Below are positions 52,195-64,000 of a stretch of DNA of 64,000 nt, in pieces. The translations under genes and the position numbers were made by a program. The stretch spans positions 2,105,599-2,169,598 of the forward strand of contig NW_019091360.1 of assembly GCF_001949145.1 (NCBI RefSeq). Direction: 5' to 3'. This DNA is from Acanthaster planci (lineage: Eukaryota). A model generated the notes under the pieces. The model had not been told where the DNA came from, made no database searches, and saw only the letters and a list, made by a program, of their open reading frames with translations. The stretch's first letter is position 1. Each line of letters starts with the position of its first letter.

Positions 52195-54748
52195 TTACTT
52201 TGCGGGAGGCGAGGCAGTGGGAAGGCGGGACAGTATAATATCGGGAATGTCCACCGCGTCTAACCGAAAGAAAAGCACGTTGGCAAAAAGTCCCCTGTCC
52301 TGATCGGTGCATTCCTGGGTCGGTTTGCAACCTGCCTCGCAACCTATAAAAATAAAAGACAAAAACGTTTCGCTTAAACTTGTATGAATTAGTATTTTAC
52401 ATACATTTTTATTTCATTTGTTCATGTTTTTCTGCAGGTGAGGATCCAGGGGGTGGAGGGTCAACCCCCCAGCTCCGACACCAAGATAAATAAATGTAAA
52501 TGAATTAAGTGAAATAGCAATTACACTAATGGTAAAAAAGATCAGGGTTGTACATCGTTGACAATGCAGTACATTACCTATGCGTCCACCTGTCCGCAAC
52601 AATCAAACATTAAAAGAATCTAATAGGCCTGACCTGACCACCTCCCCAGAGAAAAATTCCTGGCCTTTGCCCTGCTCTGGGCCACAGTTTTGTGGCGATG
52701 TGCCGTTTTTCTGCGAGTGTGTGTCATTTTAGATTCACTCTTCAGAGGACAAAGCCTTTTAACGTTCAACTTGCAACAATAATAAATAATCCTTCTTTTC
52801 CTCCTCCCATTTCGACTTCTCCACTTTCCCCTCCGTAGTTCCCTTCATTTTGAACACTGGAACCCCACTGCAAAAGTGTGCAGTGCCCATGATAACTTGA
52901 AAAGCTTGGTGACTTGAAAAGTTCACGATCCTAACCTCCTGGTAGGGTCTGGCATGACGGCTCGCAGCACGTCCCCTGCAGTCGGCTTCTCACGGCATCC
53001 GAGAGCGCCTGTTCAACGGCGTCCCGCTCGTAGGCGTACTGACGGAAGCTGAACTGCGAGCCAACGCCCTTCACTGCGTCCGTGGCGCTGAATACCAGGA
53101 TCAACTCGTACGCCGGACCGTAAGTATCGTTGAGTATTTGCAAATTCTCCGGACTGACGTAGTACTGGAAGGTGCAGTTGAGCTTAATCTAGAGAAGCGA
53201 GGAGTACACACAGATGGATATTCAGCGAGAGCACAAATAATGACAGTTTTAATTTAAAAAACCAAACGAACAAACCTGCTTGTGGACTAGTGGCTGCCAT
53301 GGCTCTGTATAATATTCTGGTGAAGTCTGTGCATTTATCATACCAGCTTGAAAATCGTAAGGGTGGAAATTCTGGACATAAGACAACTCTGAAGATTATA
53401 TCACCTGAATAAATTTATCATCCGAAAAAAACCCAAAAATTCCAATGGAATATGTGGTACATGAGTCGAACACCTCTAAAACAAAGTCATTGGGGATTTT
53501 ATACGTTATCTTGTTATAACAAGGACCCCATCCTATCAGTTTTAAAGGACCTTAAATGTATCTTGTTATAAACAGAATGTATAATCCCAGTAGTCTTGTT
53601 ATTGGTGTTTGATTGTACATAAAGACATCTGGTACAACTGTGCGCTTTTGACACGTTGGGAAGGATTTTTGTACACGCCCCTCAACAATTATGCCCTATA
53701 CTTCATTTTTTTGAGGTTTGCTCTTGTTAAGCAGTCCATTCCGGGTTCAGTATTAATTATAGGCGGTCGTTGAAGGAAGGTTTGTCACAATTTCCTAAAA
53801 ATGGTTCTGGTTATCAATAACTCATTTATCGATAATCAATCATTATTTATCAGTCATTAAAGATTATCATTGTTCACTTTGGATAACAGGTTGTAGCTGA
53901 TTATCCTACAAACTAATGGCCAATTCCAAACACATAAATCTACGTCATCCCTCGGCCCCCTTCTCTCCAACTTTGCATTCAAGAGAAAAGTCTGTAGTCG
54001 TTTTCTCAATACTCAAACTTTCAGTCATTTTGTTACCTCTAGCCTGTCGGCAGTGAATACAGCCACCGACGCTAAGGTGACACTCTTGTTTACGAATGTG
54101 GCCGATGCGGTCAGTCCCGGTTGGTTGGTGGGAGCGAGCCCTCCGGTGTTCCCCTTCAATGTGGTCAATCTTGGCTGGTCGTTGGTGGGCGGGGCTGCCT
54201 CAGATTTTTCTTCATTCTGCCACAGATTTAAGGAGAAGGCTTAAAATTAACAAAACTGGCAGTTCGAAAGCTTGGAATTGTTCTTATTATTCTTGGTCTT
54301 TTCAAGAAAGATGGGAAATCCCAGAGTGCGTAACTGCGTCCTGCAGTGGTGTATAGCTGATGCGATGCGCGTGCCTGTGGGATGCAGACACCAGCAAAGG
54401 CCCATGTATGCATTACAGTCAGTATTTTGGGCAATGCAGTCATCCCAACACACATGGCAGCGGAATCGATACTGATCTTTTAAGATCACTTATCACTTGG
54501 ATAGCAACTAACTTCGATTCCAAATATCGAATCAAATGGTGGGGCAGACGGGCATTTAATCTCACTACGTCTGTTTTCCTTGCTGTGGCGCCATGACCTT
54601 GGGTCGCCCGCAGCCGCAGTACACTAATTCTTTGCCTACATGCACTCACCCGGTTTGCTTTTGACACAGTTACCGCCACCACAATGATGACTGTGAGAAT
54701 CAGACAGACCACAACGCCACCAACAACCCACTTGACTCTTGATGACAT
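52195..54748 (-). CDS. Truncated SPFH/band-7-like paralog, 4 coding exons, about 226 aa
   Basis: Exons 54650-54748 (MSSRVKWVVGGVVVCLILTVIIVVAVTVSKANR), 54037-54216 (NEEKSEAAPP…VFTADRLE), 52936-53188 (253 nt, same length as in the paralog; IKLNCTFQYY…GTCCEPSCQTLPG), 52195-52343 (CEAGCKP…NVLFFRLDAVDIPDIILSRLPTASPPAK*). Confidence 0.78.
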
Positions 54749-55129
54749 CTTTTGATGTCCCCCTGATGAAGTCTGACGTTGGATATCTTTCAAGCAGTCC
54801 TGCTCAACACAACAGATCAACAGAGCACCGTAAACGTACGCAAGCTACAGGCAAGATGACAAGTGTAGCCTATTATCATGGTTATAGGATCTGTAACTAA
54901 TATGCCACCTTTTCCTTTGAAGCCAGAGTAATCTATACCCTGGGCCTTTTATGATAATGCGAACTCTTGAGTTACATTAAAAAACACGATGTATTGAGTT
55001 TCCAAAATGTTACTGTCGGTATAATTATGTATAATGGCATTCTAAAACAGATAGACAACGTCGTGGCTCCATTTTCAAAGGGCTTGCTTTAAATTTTAAA
55101 ACTTATATGGTACAAATTTTCAAAAATGA

Positions 55130-55320
55130 CGGTATTTCAAGTTTTCGAGCGTCGCAGTTCAACTTAAAAAAGTCGTACTTCAGCTTTTCAAATGTTGTCG
55201 TTCCACTTTTCAAACGCCGTAGTCCAACTTTTCAAGGCGTCACACTACTTTCGAAACGTCGTACAGGTGTACTCCAACTTTCTAGCGTCATGGTTCAACT
55301 CTTCATAACATCGTAGGTTC
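55130..55320. repeat. Degenerate short tandem repeat (ca(a)cttttcaaacgtcgta-like units)
   Basis: Repeated cttttcaa…cgtc/cgcc motifs at about 20-25 bp spacing. Confidence 0.5.
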
Positions 55321-58202
55321 GCTTTTGACTGGTTTGATGTGCATGTCAGGCAGCGCAGCACATGCTGCTACCATGGATCTATACTATAAAAAGCTCCATG
55401 GTACTACTGTCTACAAACGCCGCACGGTGGATGTTCCCCTTTATCGCTTACCACGTCTGCCTGTCCGTTTTATATTACTCTCACTCCCATAAGCAGGTTT
55501 CCTTGTCAACACACTATTTGTCCGTTGTACATTGTACATGTGCATTACTGTACGTGTACTTAAAAGACAAGCAGGCAAGTTATGATTCATCAGCGAATGA
55601 CCTTGACTGCCTCGTGCGATTCATGCCTTCAGAGAAACTCACTGATCTACATGTACATGGCACGTATGACTGAATACTCTAGTCATGCATTCGAGGAAAG
55701 CCGGAGACCTCTGTTGGCACACACGCTGCGGGGTATGCACGTGTCATAAGCCTTACTGAAACCATCGTGCTGTTCACGTTTCTTTCGAAATTTTGAACTT
55801 ACATGTACTTCAAAACACGATCCTTTCTTGGATCCCGTCGATGACCGTTTAGGCCCCAGTTGTTAATTTTGTCGAACGCACTGTGGAACTTTCCAACTTG
55901 GAGGTAAGCTTAACCGCAAGGTGACATCGACCCTATAACCCCTTGTGCATCCAGGTGTCGCGGATATCCGCAGCTACACTGCGTGCACAGTGCGTTCGTT
56001 CCAATCAACTCTTGTAAAAAGCCTGTTCCGTAGTCGGTGCCAAAGCCAACTGGTTTCACTAGTGTAGAATCCGGCGGCTGAAATTCAAAATAGGCCCTAA
56101 TTAAAAAAAAGTAACAACCTTGGAACCCAGTTCACACTGTGAGAACTTCCCTCCTGTCCTCTATTTATCTATGTGCAATCCACCCGATGTGCATAAAAGT
56201 AACGATAATAAAATCTGAAAAATTTGTTCGAACATTTTAAGACCTGTTCATCTGCTGTAGGCCTACTGTAACCTAGGAAGAGCTTTTCGGAAGACTTAAG
56301 CGAAACAGGCTACCACTTAGTATATGCCTACCCTAAAGTCAGACGTAAAATTGATTTCTGAAAGACGTTTGAAAGATGTTGATAAATACCACTGGTATCA
56401 GTTATTGATATCAAATTTGAAAACAAGACTTTTTTTCGTGAGTGTACCTATTGTGATTACATGTTTCACAATGCATTTTGGCAAAAGAAAATACACATGT
56501 ATTCTGTAATACACTATTTTGAAACATAATGAGGACACATCTAAAAGCTCAATATTTATCAAGAAACGAGATAAGTCACATTCATAATATTTAACAGCTG
56601 AACTACAAGAGCCAAGAAAACAATGGATCAGTTTTATATGAAACTATAACTTAATTCCAAATTCCAATAAGATATATTTTTTGTCACAAATCAGACCTTC
56701 CAGTCGTTAACACGAAGTATATCCAACGCAGTGATCTAATTTGATTGAAAAGATACACTTTCTACAAATTCACTTGTGCAATATTTTTCTTCAAAATTTA
56801 GTATGCCTACATGGAATTGCTTTAAATTAAATAAAAACTGCACTCTGTGGTAACGGCGTAAAAAATGGTTCAACTGCGTAATTACACGTCACTATTTGAG
56901 ATCTTTCCATGTGAAGTGAATCGGACTTAGCTACCCTTGAAATGAAAACCTCGTCAAGGCCATCCATAAGGCGCGGGGGAAAAGGGGGACGTCGCGCACA
57001 TGCACCTGACGTGCGCGGGCGGTCTCTGAAGCAATTCGTGCACAAGCGGTGCACATTTTTGCCTTTAACATGTAATTAAATTGCTCTCTCACTGGGACAA
57101 GCTTTTATACGTCGAAAATCTTACAACTTATCGATATCAGCGAATCCACTCCGATACCGAGTCAAAGAGAAACATGGAATCGGAATGGACATGCAACGCT
57201 GCGGCCGCGGATTGGTGTGCAAACCACTGCACGTGATGAGTGCAGACAGTAGACGTGGGTCTGAATGCAATTTGTACGCATGGATTTCGTGGACGGTCCG
57301 TCGGGTTCAGCTATTACTTACGTCAAGATTACATAAAGGCATGAAAATGGGAACAGCGGCATGGCAGTGCTCTTTGTCACCATTCTCATATGGGTCAAGA
57401 GCTAAGAGAGGGAAATGGCCGAGTACGGGCTCAAGCTGCGTTTTAGACTCCTTTCCAGTAACTACTACAAAAAATAAACAAAACAACACAGGCGTCTTTC
57501 TTTCTCCTCATTTCCTTCTACGTCCTTTTTTTTTCGTCTGGGGTGGGTATACCACTCGCCCCTTAAGGCACTCATCCCAGCAGTATTCTTCCCGGTGCAA
57601 ATAGCCAGTGTGGCTGCTCTCCTAACCAGTAGTTTCAATGAAACAAAACATGACATGAAACTGAAAAATTTGGACAGATTACTGTGCGCTTAGAAAACTT
57701 CTACAACCTGTTACCACCTGCTGATAATGAAACCGCAAGTGCTTTGCTTGAAAAAAAATTGCTCAGAGTGAGAAAAGACCTTCTCGTGTGTGAATGCAAC
57801 GGAGTGTGTTTGAAACACATGTATGCCAATGGCCAATCCAACTCGAGAACCACACGATCTGTTGGGCCAAACAGCGAATACATTCCATCTTCCAAACAGT
57901 GCTGAAATCAATCACGACAATCACATCCCATCTTATTAGTCACTGCACGTCGGGGACGTGTTACGAGCTGGACTGGTGATGTGTTGGGTGGTGTAGAGTG
58001 TGACGTACTCAACCAAACTCATATCTCCTGATGAATACCGTCAATGATAATTAAGAGACCTCATTCGGTTCCAATCTTGAGTTGTAAAATCAAAAGGAGA
58101 AACACCACAAATTATCCAAAGCTCTAAATAAACACTGCAATAATGAAAACAAATGAGGAAAACCCTGCAATTTTGGGGAAATTGTTTCACATGAACACGG
58201 GC

Positions 58203-58363
58203 GATTCACAATAGGAGTGCCCCTCCAAGAGTTTGCCATGTGTCAACCAATCACAGTGCGCGAAATCTGTCACCCCAATGCACATTTGGAAAGGCTTGAC
58301 AGATTTCGCGCACTGTGATTGGTCAACGCGCTGCAAACTCTTGGAGGCACGCTACTGTGAATC
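58203..58363. mobile_element. Long palindromic MITE-like element
   Basis: gattcacaatag…ctccaagagtttgc…accaatcacagtgcgcgaaatctgtca pairs with tgacagatttcgcgcactgtgattggt…gcaaactcttggag…ctactgtgaatc around a loop of about 25 nt. Confidence 0.8.
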
Positions 58364-59220
58364 ACACGTACTGCTACACTTCTCTATTTCAGGCAAAAAA
58401 CATTTTGCTAACGTTGGTTCTCTATTCCAAGGCATGGAAATTCACTAATAACAGTAATAAATATAATTTTTGAACTTTCAATCTGTAACAACTTGAGTTA
58501 TTTCAGCAATATATACATACATAGATTTTTCAAAGGCATATCTCATCTTGTAGTTATATTAATCTTATTAATAAATGTACCTATGCTCATTCAAAAAGAG
58601 GAGAGAAGTGTAAAATGTCATGGTCTACATTCAGGAGTCTCGGCTAACAATTTAAACTTTGCTAGTGGTAAGTTTTCCACAAAATTGATAAAAGCACACA
58701 TCGTGTTGATGTGCGCACCTCTAAGAAGCAGCTGTGACCTGATACCACCAAAAGTGGCAGGATATGACACTGGAGTTTTACCACACAACAGACTGGCAAA
58801 TACTAAGATTTCACAGCAACAATGCCAGTTTTTATATCCCTGGATGCTTCAAAGTGAAGTACGAAAATAATGAGCTAAATGTGTACAGTGCTTTACAAAA
58901 AAATTACTAAACAGATATAAAAAAGTGTTGGTAAGGCTTCGGGATCTGATGACATTTTCAAGTCATCCAAATCTAAAGTAACCAAACTCTCATATCATTC
59001 TTCATACATTCAGAGGCATTGAGATTAAACCTCGTACACAGACTGCTGTGTCATAATTATACTTGTGTACAGGCATCAAACCTGCTTTGTCAACAAAATG
59101 TAGAGCTTAAACAAATTAACCCTAACCCCCTAGGGTGCATGTAAAATCATATTGACATTGGAGGATTTGGGACCGTTAGGGTTAATGTTGCTTTCCTTTT
59201 AAAAAATAAGGGTTGAAGGC

Positions 59221-62200
59221 TCATGACAAGAGAATCGCCCTTTGAGTAGACCTCCGGAGGAGAGCTTTGACATCAAACGTCCCGTCGTTGGAGACCAGTA
59301 TTTCCTTGCGCTTTGGCTGACTGGAGGGTGACGACCTGAAAGCACAATGCAAAGGATTATGAAAGATTTAAAAGACAAGAAACAACTAATGGGTATTTTC
59401 CATTGTGACATCAAATGTAAGTATAATGCCCACCCAAACTGTCCGATTTGTGTTTAATATCAAATGCATGCCAAGTATATCAAGCGGGAACTCAACATTT
59501 CCTGGGATCAATCGCTAAGTTTTTCTTTCCGCCGGCTGTTAATGTACTGTCATACCACAACCACACTGGAATCCTCGGATGCCTAAGGATACACCTGTCC
59601 CCTTGGTGTTGCTTCCGAACGGTGCTTGCCCGACAGGCAAGAAACACTTGGAGGTAACATGCATGGCAGATGGCACTGACTGAATACCTTAATTTGATTT
59701 CCGTCCCCGTTGTCTTTTCTACATGACTTGTAGCTGCTGTTTCGTGACCTTCTGATGAAAGTGCACTAACTCCGGACTTCCCCCCCACCCCTTTGCTTTG
59801 GGCCACGGAACCAGAATATCTCTTACATCCAAGCACAGCTTTGATTCTCGGCAGATCGGGAAATCATATACCGATAGTTGTGTTTTGTTTTTGAGTTGCT
59901 GGATCATCTTCCGAGTGTGTAATTGATTTGCCCTAAGGGGATGTTTCACACTTGCAGAGCAGGGAGTATATATTTTCATGCTCGGTGGGGCACGTACTTG
60001 ATGGGGACTTTGTAACGAAGTTAACTGCACTGTTGACTCTGTGAATACTTGCACTAAGGTCATTTCCAACCCGTTAAATTCTTTATTCTTGGTATTTTGT
60101 GTTTGTGTTGTCTGTGTTTTTGTCACCAATCAAGTTTAATTTTCTTGAAAGTATTCTTCATGAACTGTCAGCAATACATCCCAAATGTGCAATAAATGTA
60201 CATCCTTTGGAGAACAGTGAAATCAGACAAGTAATGGTTTGGGGCCGGAGAGAGACAATGTGACTCACTGATTTGTCTTCTGCTGTTTGCCAGAGTCGCC
60301 CTCTTGAGCAAAGCTGACACTTTTCCTCCTTAGAGCATCACTGGGTGAATACCTGCCGTCGGATGAGCTTTCGGAATGGCTGGACGAGACTGAACCGTTG
60401 GCATGCCCATTGCTGAGACGGGCCTGCCCACTGTCTAGGGTTTGCTGTCGAATTTGAAATTGCCGCTGCTGTTGTTGCTGGGGCTCCGGAGACTGCCTGA
60501 CCTCTGGCTCGTTGCATTGCGAGCTCTGCAGCTGCCGTGCCCTGCTCAGGATCTCCTTCCGCTGCGGGTGGAGCTGGGGTTGATTCCAAGACATCTGCTG
60601 CTGTTGCTGTGGTTCTACTTGTACAGCATACTTTGAATGCTGTGGTATAATCTTCGGATGTTGCTGTTCGTGCCGCTTCAGAACGCCTTGCCACAGGTGC
60701 TGCTGTCGTCCTTGCTGTGCCCTTACCAGTCCATTGCTTACCGTGCTCTGATTAGTATCAGTCTGGTGCCTGTCACCAGCACTGGATCGACGTTCATTGG
60801 ATGAATTGGATGACTGGGTCAAAGCATTCCCAGAGGAGTTCCCAGTGGGGTTAGAGTGGCTGTGATGCCGATCACCGTGTTCTGGAGATTGCTATTATTT
60901 TGGAAACCGAAATATCAACAACGTATAAATGTTCAGGGGACGACAGAATCCCCAACAAAGGCCACATTCAATGCAAATGGCAAACTTGTCTCTAGTCATT
61001 CATTCCAAGCTTCAACAATGTACATACCAAATACCCAAAAACTATAAAAAGCATGTCTCAATGATGTGTTACTCAAGGTCAACTTAATTTGCATAGATCT
61101 CATTTACATAGCCAAGGGCCTACTCATCTGCATAATAAGTAGTTTTTCGTAAACATACTTGCTTTTGTCCATGACTTGGTAAATTGTATGGCAATTTATC
61201 TTCATGTGTTTCGTCGGTGTCATGGTAACCAAAGCCATGAAGCATTCCAGGAACTGATGACTCACTAAATAAAAGAAAAAACTTAACTAGCAGAGAAACT
61301 CTCACGAGGAGTTAACCAAGTACAATTTTGAACACACTGTATTTCAAGCTAACAGAAACTGAGATGCATTGGTGCGATAGGCAAGCCTGACTGAACCATA
61401 GCTGATACCTCCTGAAAACCGTCACAGTTCAGTTGTACCACTGAACATGCCAATTATCTTGAGTGCAAGTGATTGAAAATTCTGTCTCAACCTTTGCCTA
61501 TGTGAGGCTTTTTTCCAACTTCCATAGAGACAACCTGCTTACATTTATCCCTCACTAGATAATCTGTTCTTCACTGTCTGCCTGCAGCATATAAATACAT
61601 TTGGAAGCCTTGAAAATACACTCATCCAACTTAAAAAATGCACTTCATAAAAACTGTACTCACTGGTAAGAACTTGTGCAAAAAAGTGCTAATGGGCGCC
61701 CAGATGTTAGCCTATACCCATAATGCACTATTCAAAATGGCCTCCCTGTGGAAAACTTATCTTAGTATGCTGTAACTGAGGAATTCCTACCTTTCATTGC
61801 TGTTCTCGTTGGTTCTGCTGGGGTTTGGTTGGCTGGCTTCCTTGGCTATTCTGTTGTAGTAGTCACTATCACTTGAGGAGCCTGCCTCCTTGAGTTCGCT
61901 GAAAGAAAATTTTGTTCGAATTTTTTTTAAAGTCATTGCACAACTGAGGAAACACACATTGTGAATTACATCACCTCAATGTGTTTCCCTTTGTTCCTGT
62001 AACATTCTCCCACAGGCTACACACACTTCAGTTTCAGGGACTGACTATCAACAAAAGATTAACTACTGAGGACAGGGGAAATCCTGTATTCCCTTTCTGC
62101 ACCTGTCCTCTAAGACATGGCCTACACGCCCATACATATACACTTGTTCCTGTGTTGTGAGGACCGCACATGCATGATAGCTATTATGGAGACCGATAAC

Positions 62201-64000
62201 ATCGTCAGGACAGATTTAAGTCCTTAGAGGTTCAATACAAGCCAAATGCAAATTTACGGTATAGACTCTTGCAGCCAGGTAATTGATTCTATTAAAAAGT
62301 GACAGTCCCAACTTCATTGACAGCAGCGTCACTTAAGGGCAAAGTGGCTGCGACTGGTTCAAGGCAATCTCCAAGAAGATAACATCTGAACTGGCTGAGT
62401 AGTTTCAATACACGATGAGAAGAATGTCTTTGTTTTTCCCAAACACTATTTTAGCCTAAGTTGCCTTAAAGTTCCGCAGAGTGACTGTGCCCCTCATAAT
62501 CTTCCTTTCCCCCCCTCCAAAAAACCCCACATTACCCAGTTTGCAGGCCACTCCGTCTGTACACCTTGTCCGTGGCACTGCCGTCCCCAAAACTGTGGTA
62601 GTAGGACACGTCCTCAGGCGAGAATGGCATCTTGACATCGTGTGACCTGTGGAGGTGCTTCAACCTCCGCTCCGATAACCCCGTCTTGCCACTGTGGAGG
62701 ACTTTCTGTATCTGGATGGCACCAGTGGACACGGGGCTGTTGGTTCTCTCGGCTGACCGATAAAACTCTTCCCCGTAGTGGTCCACCTACAGAGATGAAA
62801 AAGTTCAGGATAAGTTCTTAAACTCTGGTAGTGCTATACGTGTACTGTGCCCCGAGACGAACCACGGCATTGTTGTGGACTCCATTTTAGTTTATGATGT
62901 GCAATATTAACATCTTTGGAAAGGTTGATGGTTGAAGTCATGGGGGAGCATTTTTTCAGAGCATTCTCTTTTTAAGTTCAAGACCTCAATTCAACATCAT
63001 ATTTCTCAGACATCAGCAAAGGTTTCTTTGGACGATTTCACTAGTCCCAGCACTCCACAGATCAATCATTTATGATAGATAAAGGTAAATATGCACAGTT
63101 TTATGCCCATTCAAGCCAGTTTGCACTGTTAAAATTGAAGTAAGGCCATGCCCAAATCATTTGGTTGCGGCTTGAAATTTAATGGTCTATGGTTATGGCT
63201 GAGCCAGTTCCCATAGAGTCATGAACACTTCCAAGCCAAATAATTCAGAAGAGGCTTAGGTTTTGTGAGATGATTTTGCTCTTCTATGTTCATTATGGTT
63301 CAGCCTTGGTGTGAAAATCGGAGGGATAATGATCTTACAGCCCATTTCCTCTCCCAAAGTCTAGGAATGGGAAGGACGGTACATCTTCCTTAATGTCCAG
63401 GGTTTGACAGCCTCGTGTTCAACCTCCTTCCCTGAAACACTGTGAATTATTCTTGTGTTTTTGTACTGAAAGCCAGATGCAGATTGCCGACCACTAGTTG
63501 GCAAAAACTTTAACTGCAATTCAGCAAAAGAAAGGCCTGTGTTCATGGTGGAGCTGGGGATTTCATATCCTGAATTTTCAATGTTTTTACGTTCCTTCTC
63601 TGATTAAAAAACCAAGAATGATGTATTAACGATCACCAATGACCCGCCAGGCCAATACCTGTACCCAGAACTTTAAGTTGTGATTACAGTTAAATTTTAT
63701 TTTATTTTAGCCATTTTGACCTTGACTATTGACCTTTCAACCCGAAATGCATTAAGCTTCTTAGGACCTTTGATAAAAAACCCAAGTTGAATTTCTCAGG
63801 TCAAGCAGTTCTCAGGCTATTATGCTAACAACACTTGTTCGGACGCACACCGCCATGGAGTGACACAGCAGAAACGGTACGCCTCTTCGCCTTTGTCGGC
63901 GGGGCATAAAAATCACCTGCAAGAAGAAGTAAATCATCCAAGTCTCTTGCTGGGAAGTGAAGGCTTGTAGCTGTTGGTAGAGGCGGCGCTTCTTCCACAT
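59221..64000 (-). CDS. 3' portion of an unidentified multi-exon gene (Gln/Ser-rich low-complexity C-terminal region), 5'-partial
   Basis: Phase-consistent exons 62536-62786 (VDHYGEEFY…, 0 to 2), 61791-61898 (2 to 2), 61159-61264 (2 to 0), 60269-60891 (Q-rich, 0 to 2), 59221-59335 (…FDVKALLRRSTQRAILLS*). A further candidate exon at 63830->64000 (or 63917->64000) is less certain. Confidence 0.68.

Noticed and set aside
51956..52303. 115-aa plus-strand ORF
   Set aside because: Antisense to the last exon and 3' UTR of the truncated SPFH paralog; no ATG start and no motif.
60882..60884. CAG acceptor as the start of the Gln-rich exon
   Set aside because: Needs phase 1, while the upstream exon ends in phase 0; the TAG at 60892-60894 fits the frame.

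Overview
Eukaryotic genomic DNA with spliceosomal introns and one 954-N scaffold gap (13806-14759). Gene content and repeats suggest a marine invertebrate deuterostome, probably an echinoderm (inference only). All gene models were spliced by hand from GT/AG sites and phase matching. Left to right: (1) an intronless orphan class A GPCR (-); (2) a modular extracellular gene (-) with a Thr-rich linker, 7 single-exon EGF repeats and 2 SRCR domains, whose likely first exon (signal peptide plus PAN/apple domain) lies about 7.7 kb upstream across a repeat-filled intron; (3) decayed retroelements (an RTE-like LINE spanning the gap, a CR1/L2-like relic with a 2A-like NPGP motif, PHD finger and APE endonuclease, and a Penelope GIY-YIG end) plus several MITE-like palindromes; (4) a two-exon Sp5/buttonhead transcription factor (+) in a gene-free region with clustered TCF/LEF and helper-like sites and a duplicated enhancer-like module; (5) a tandem pair of SPFH/band-7-like membrane genes (-), one full length and one remodelled and C-terminally truncated, sharing a Cys-rich insert; (6) the 3' part of an unidentified low-complexity gene (-).
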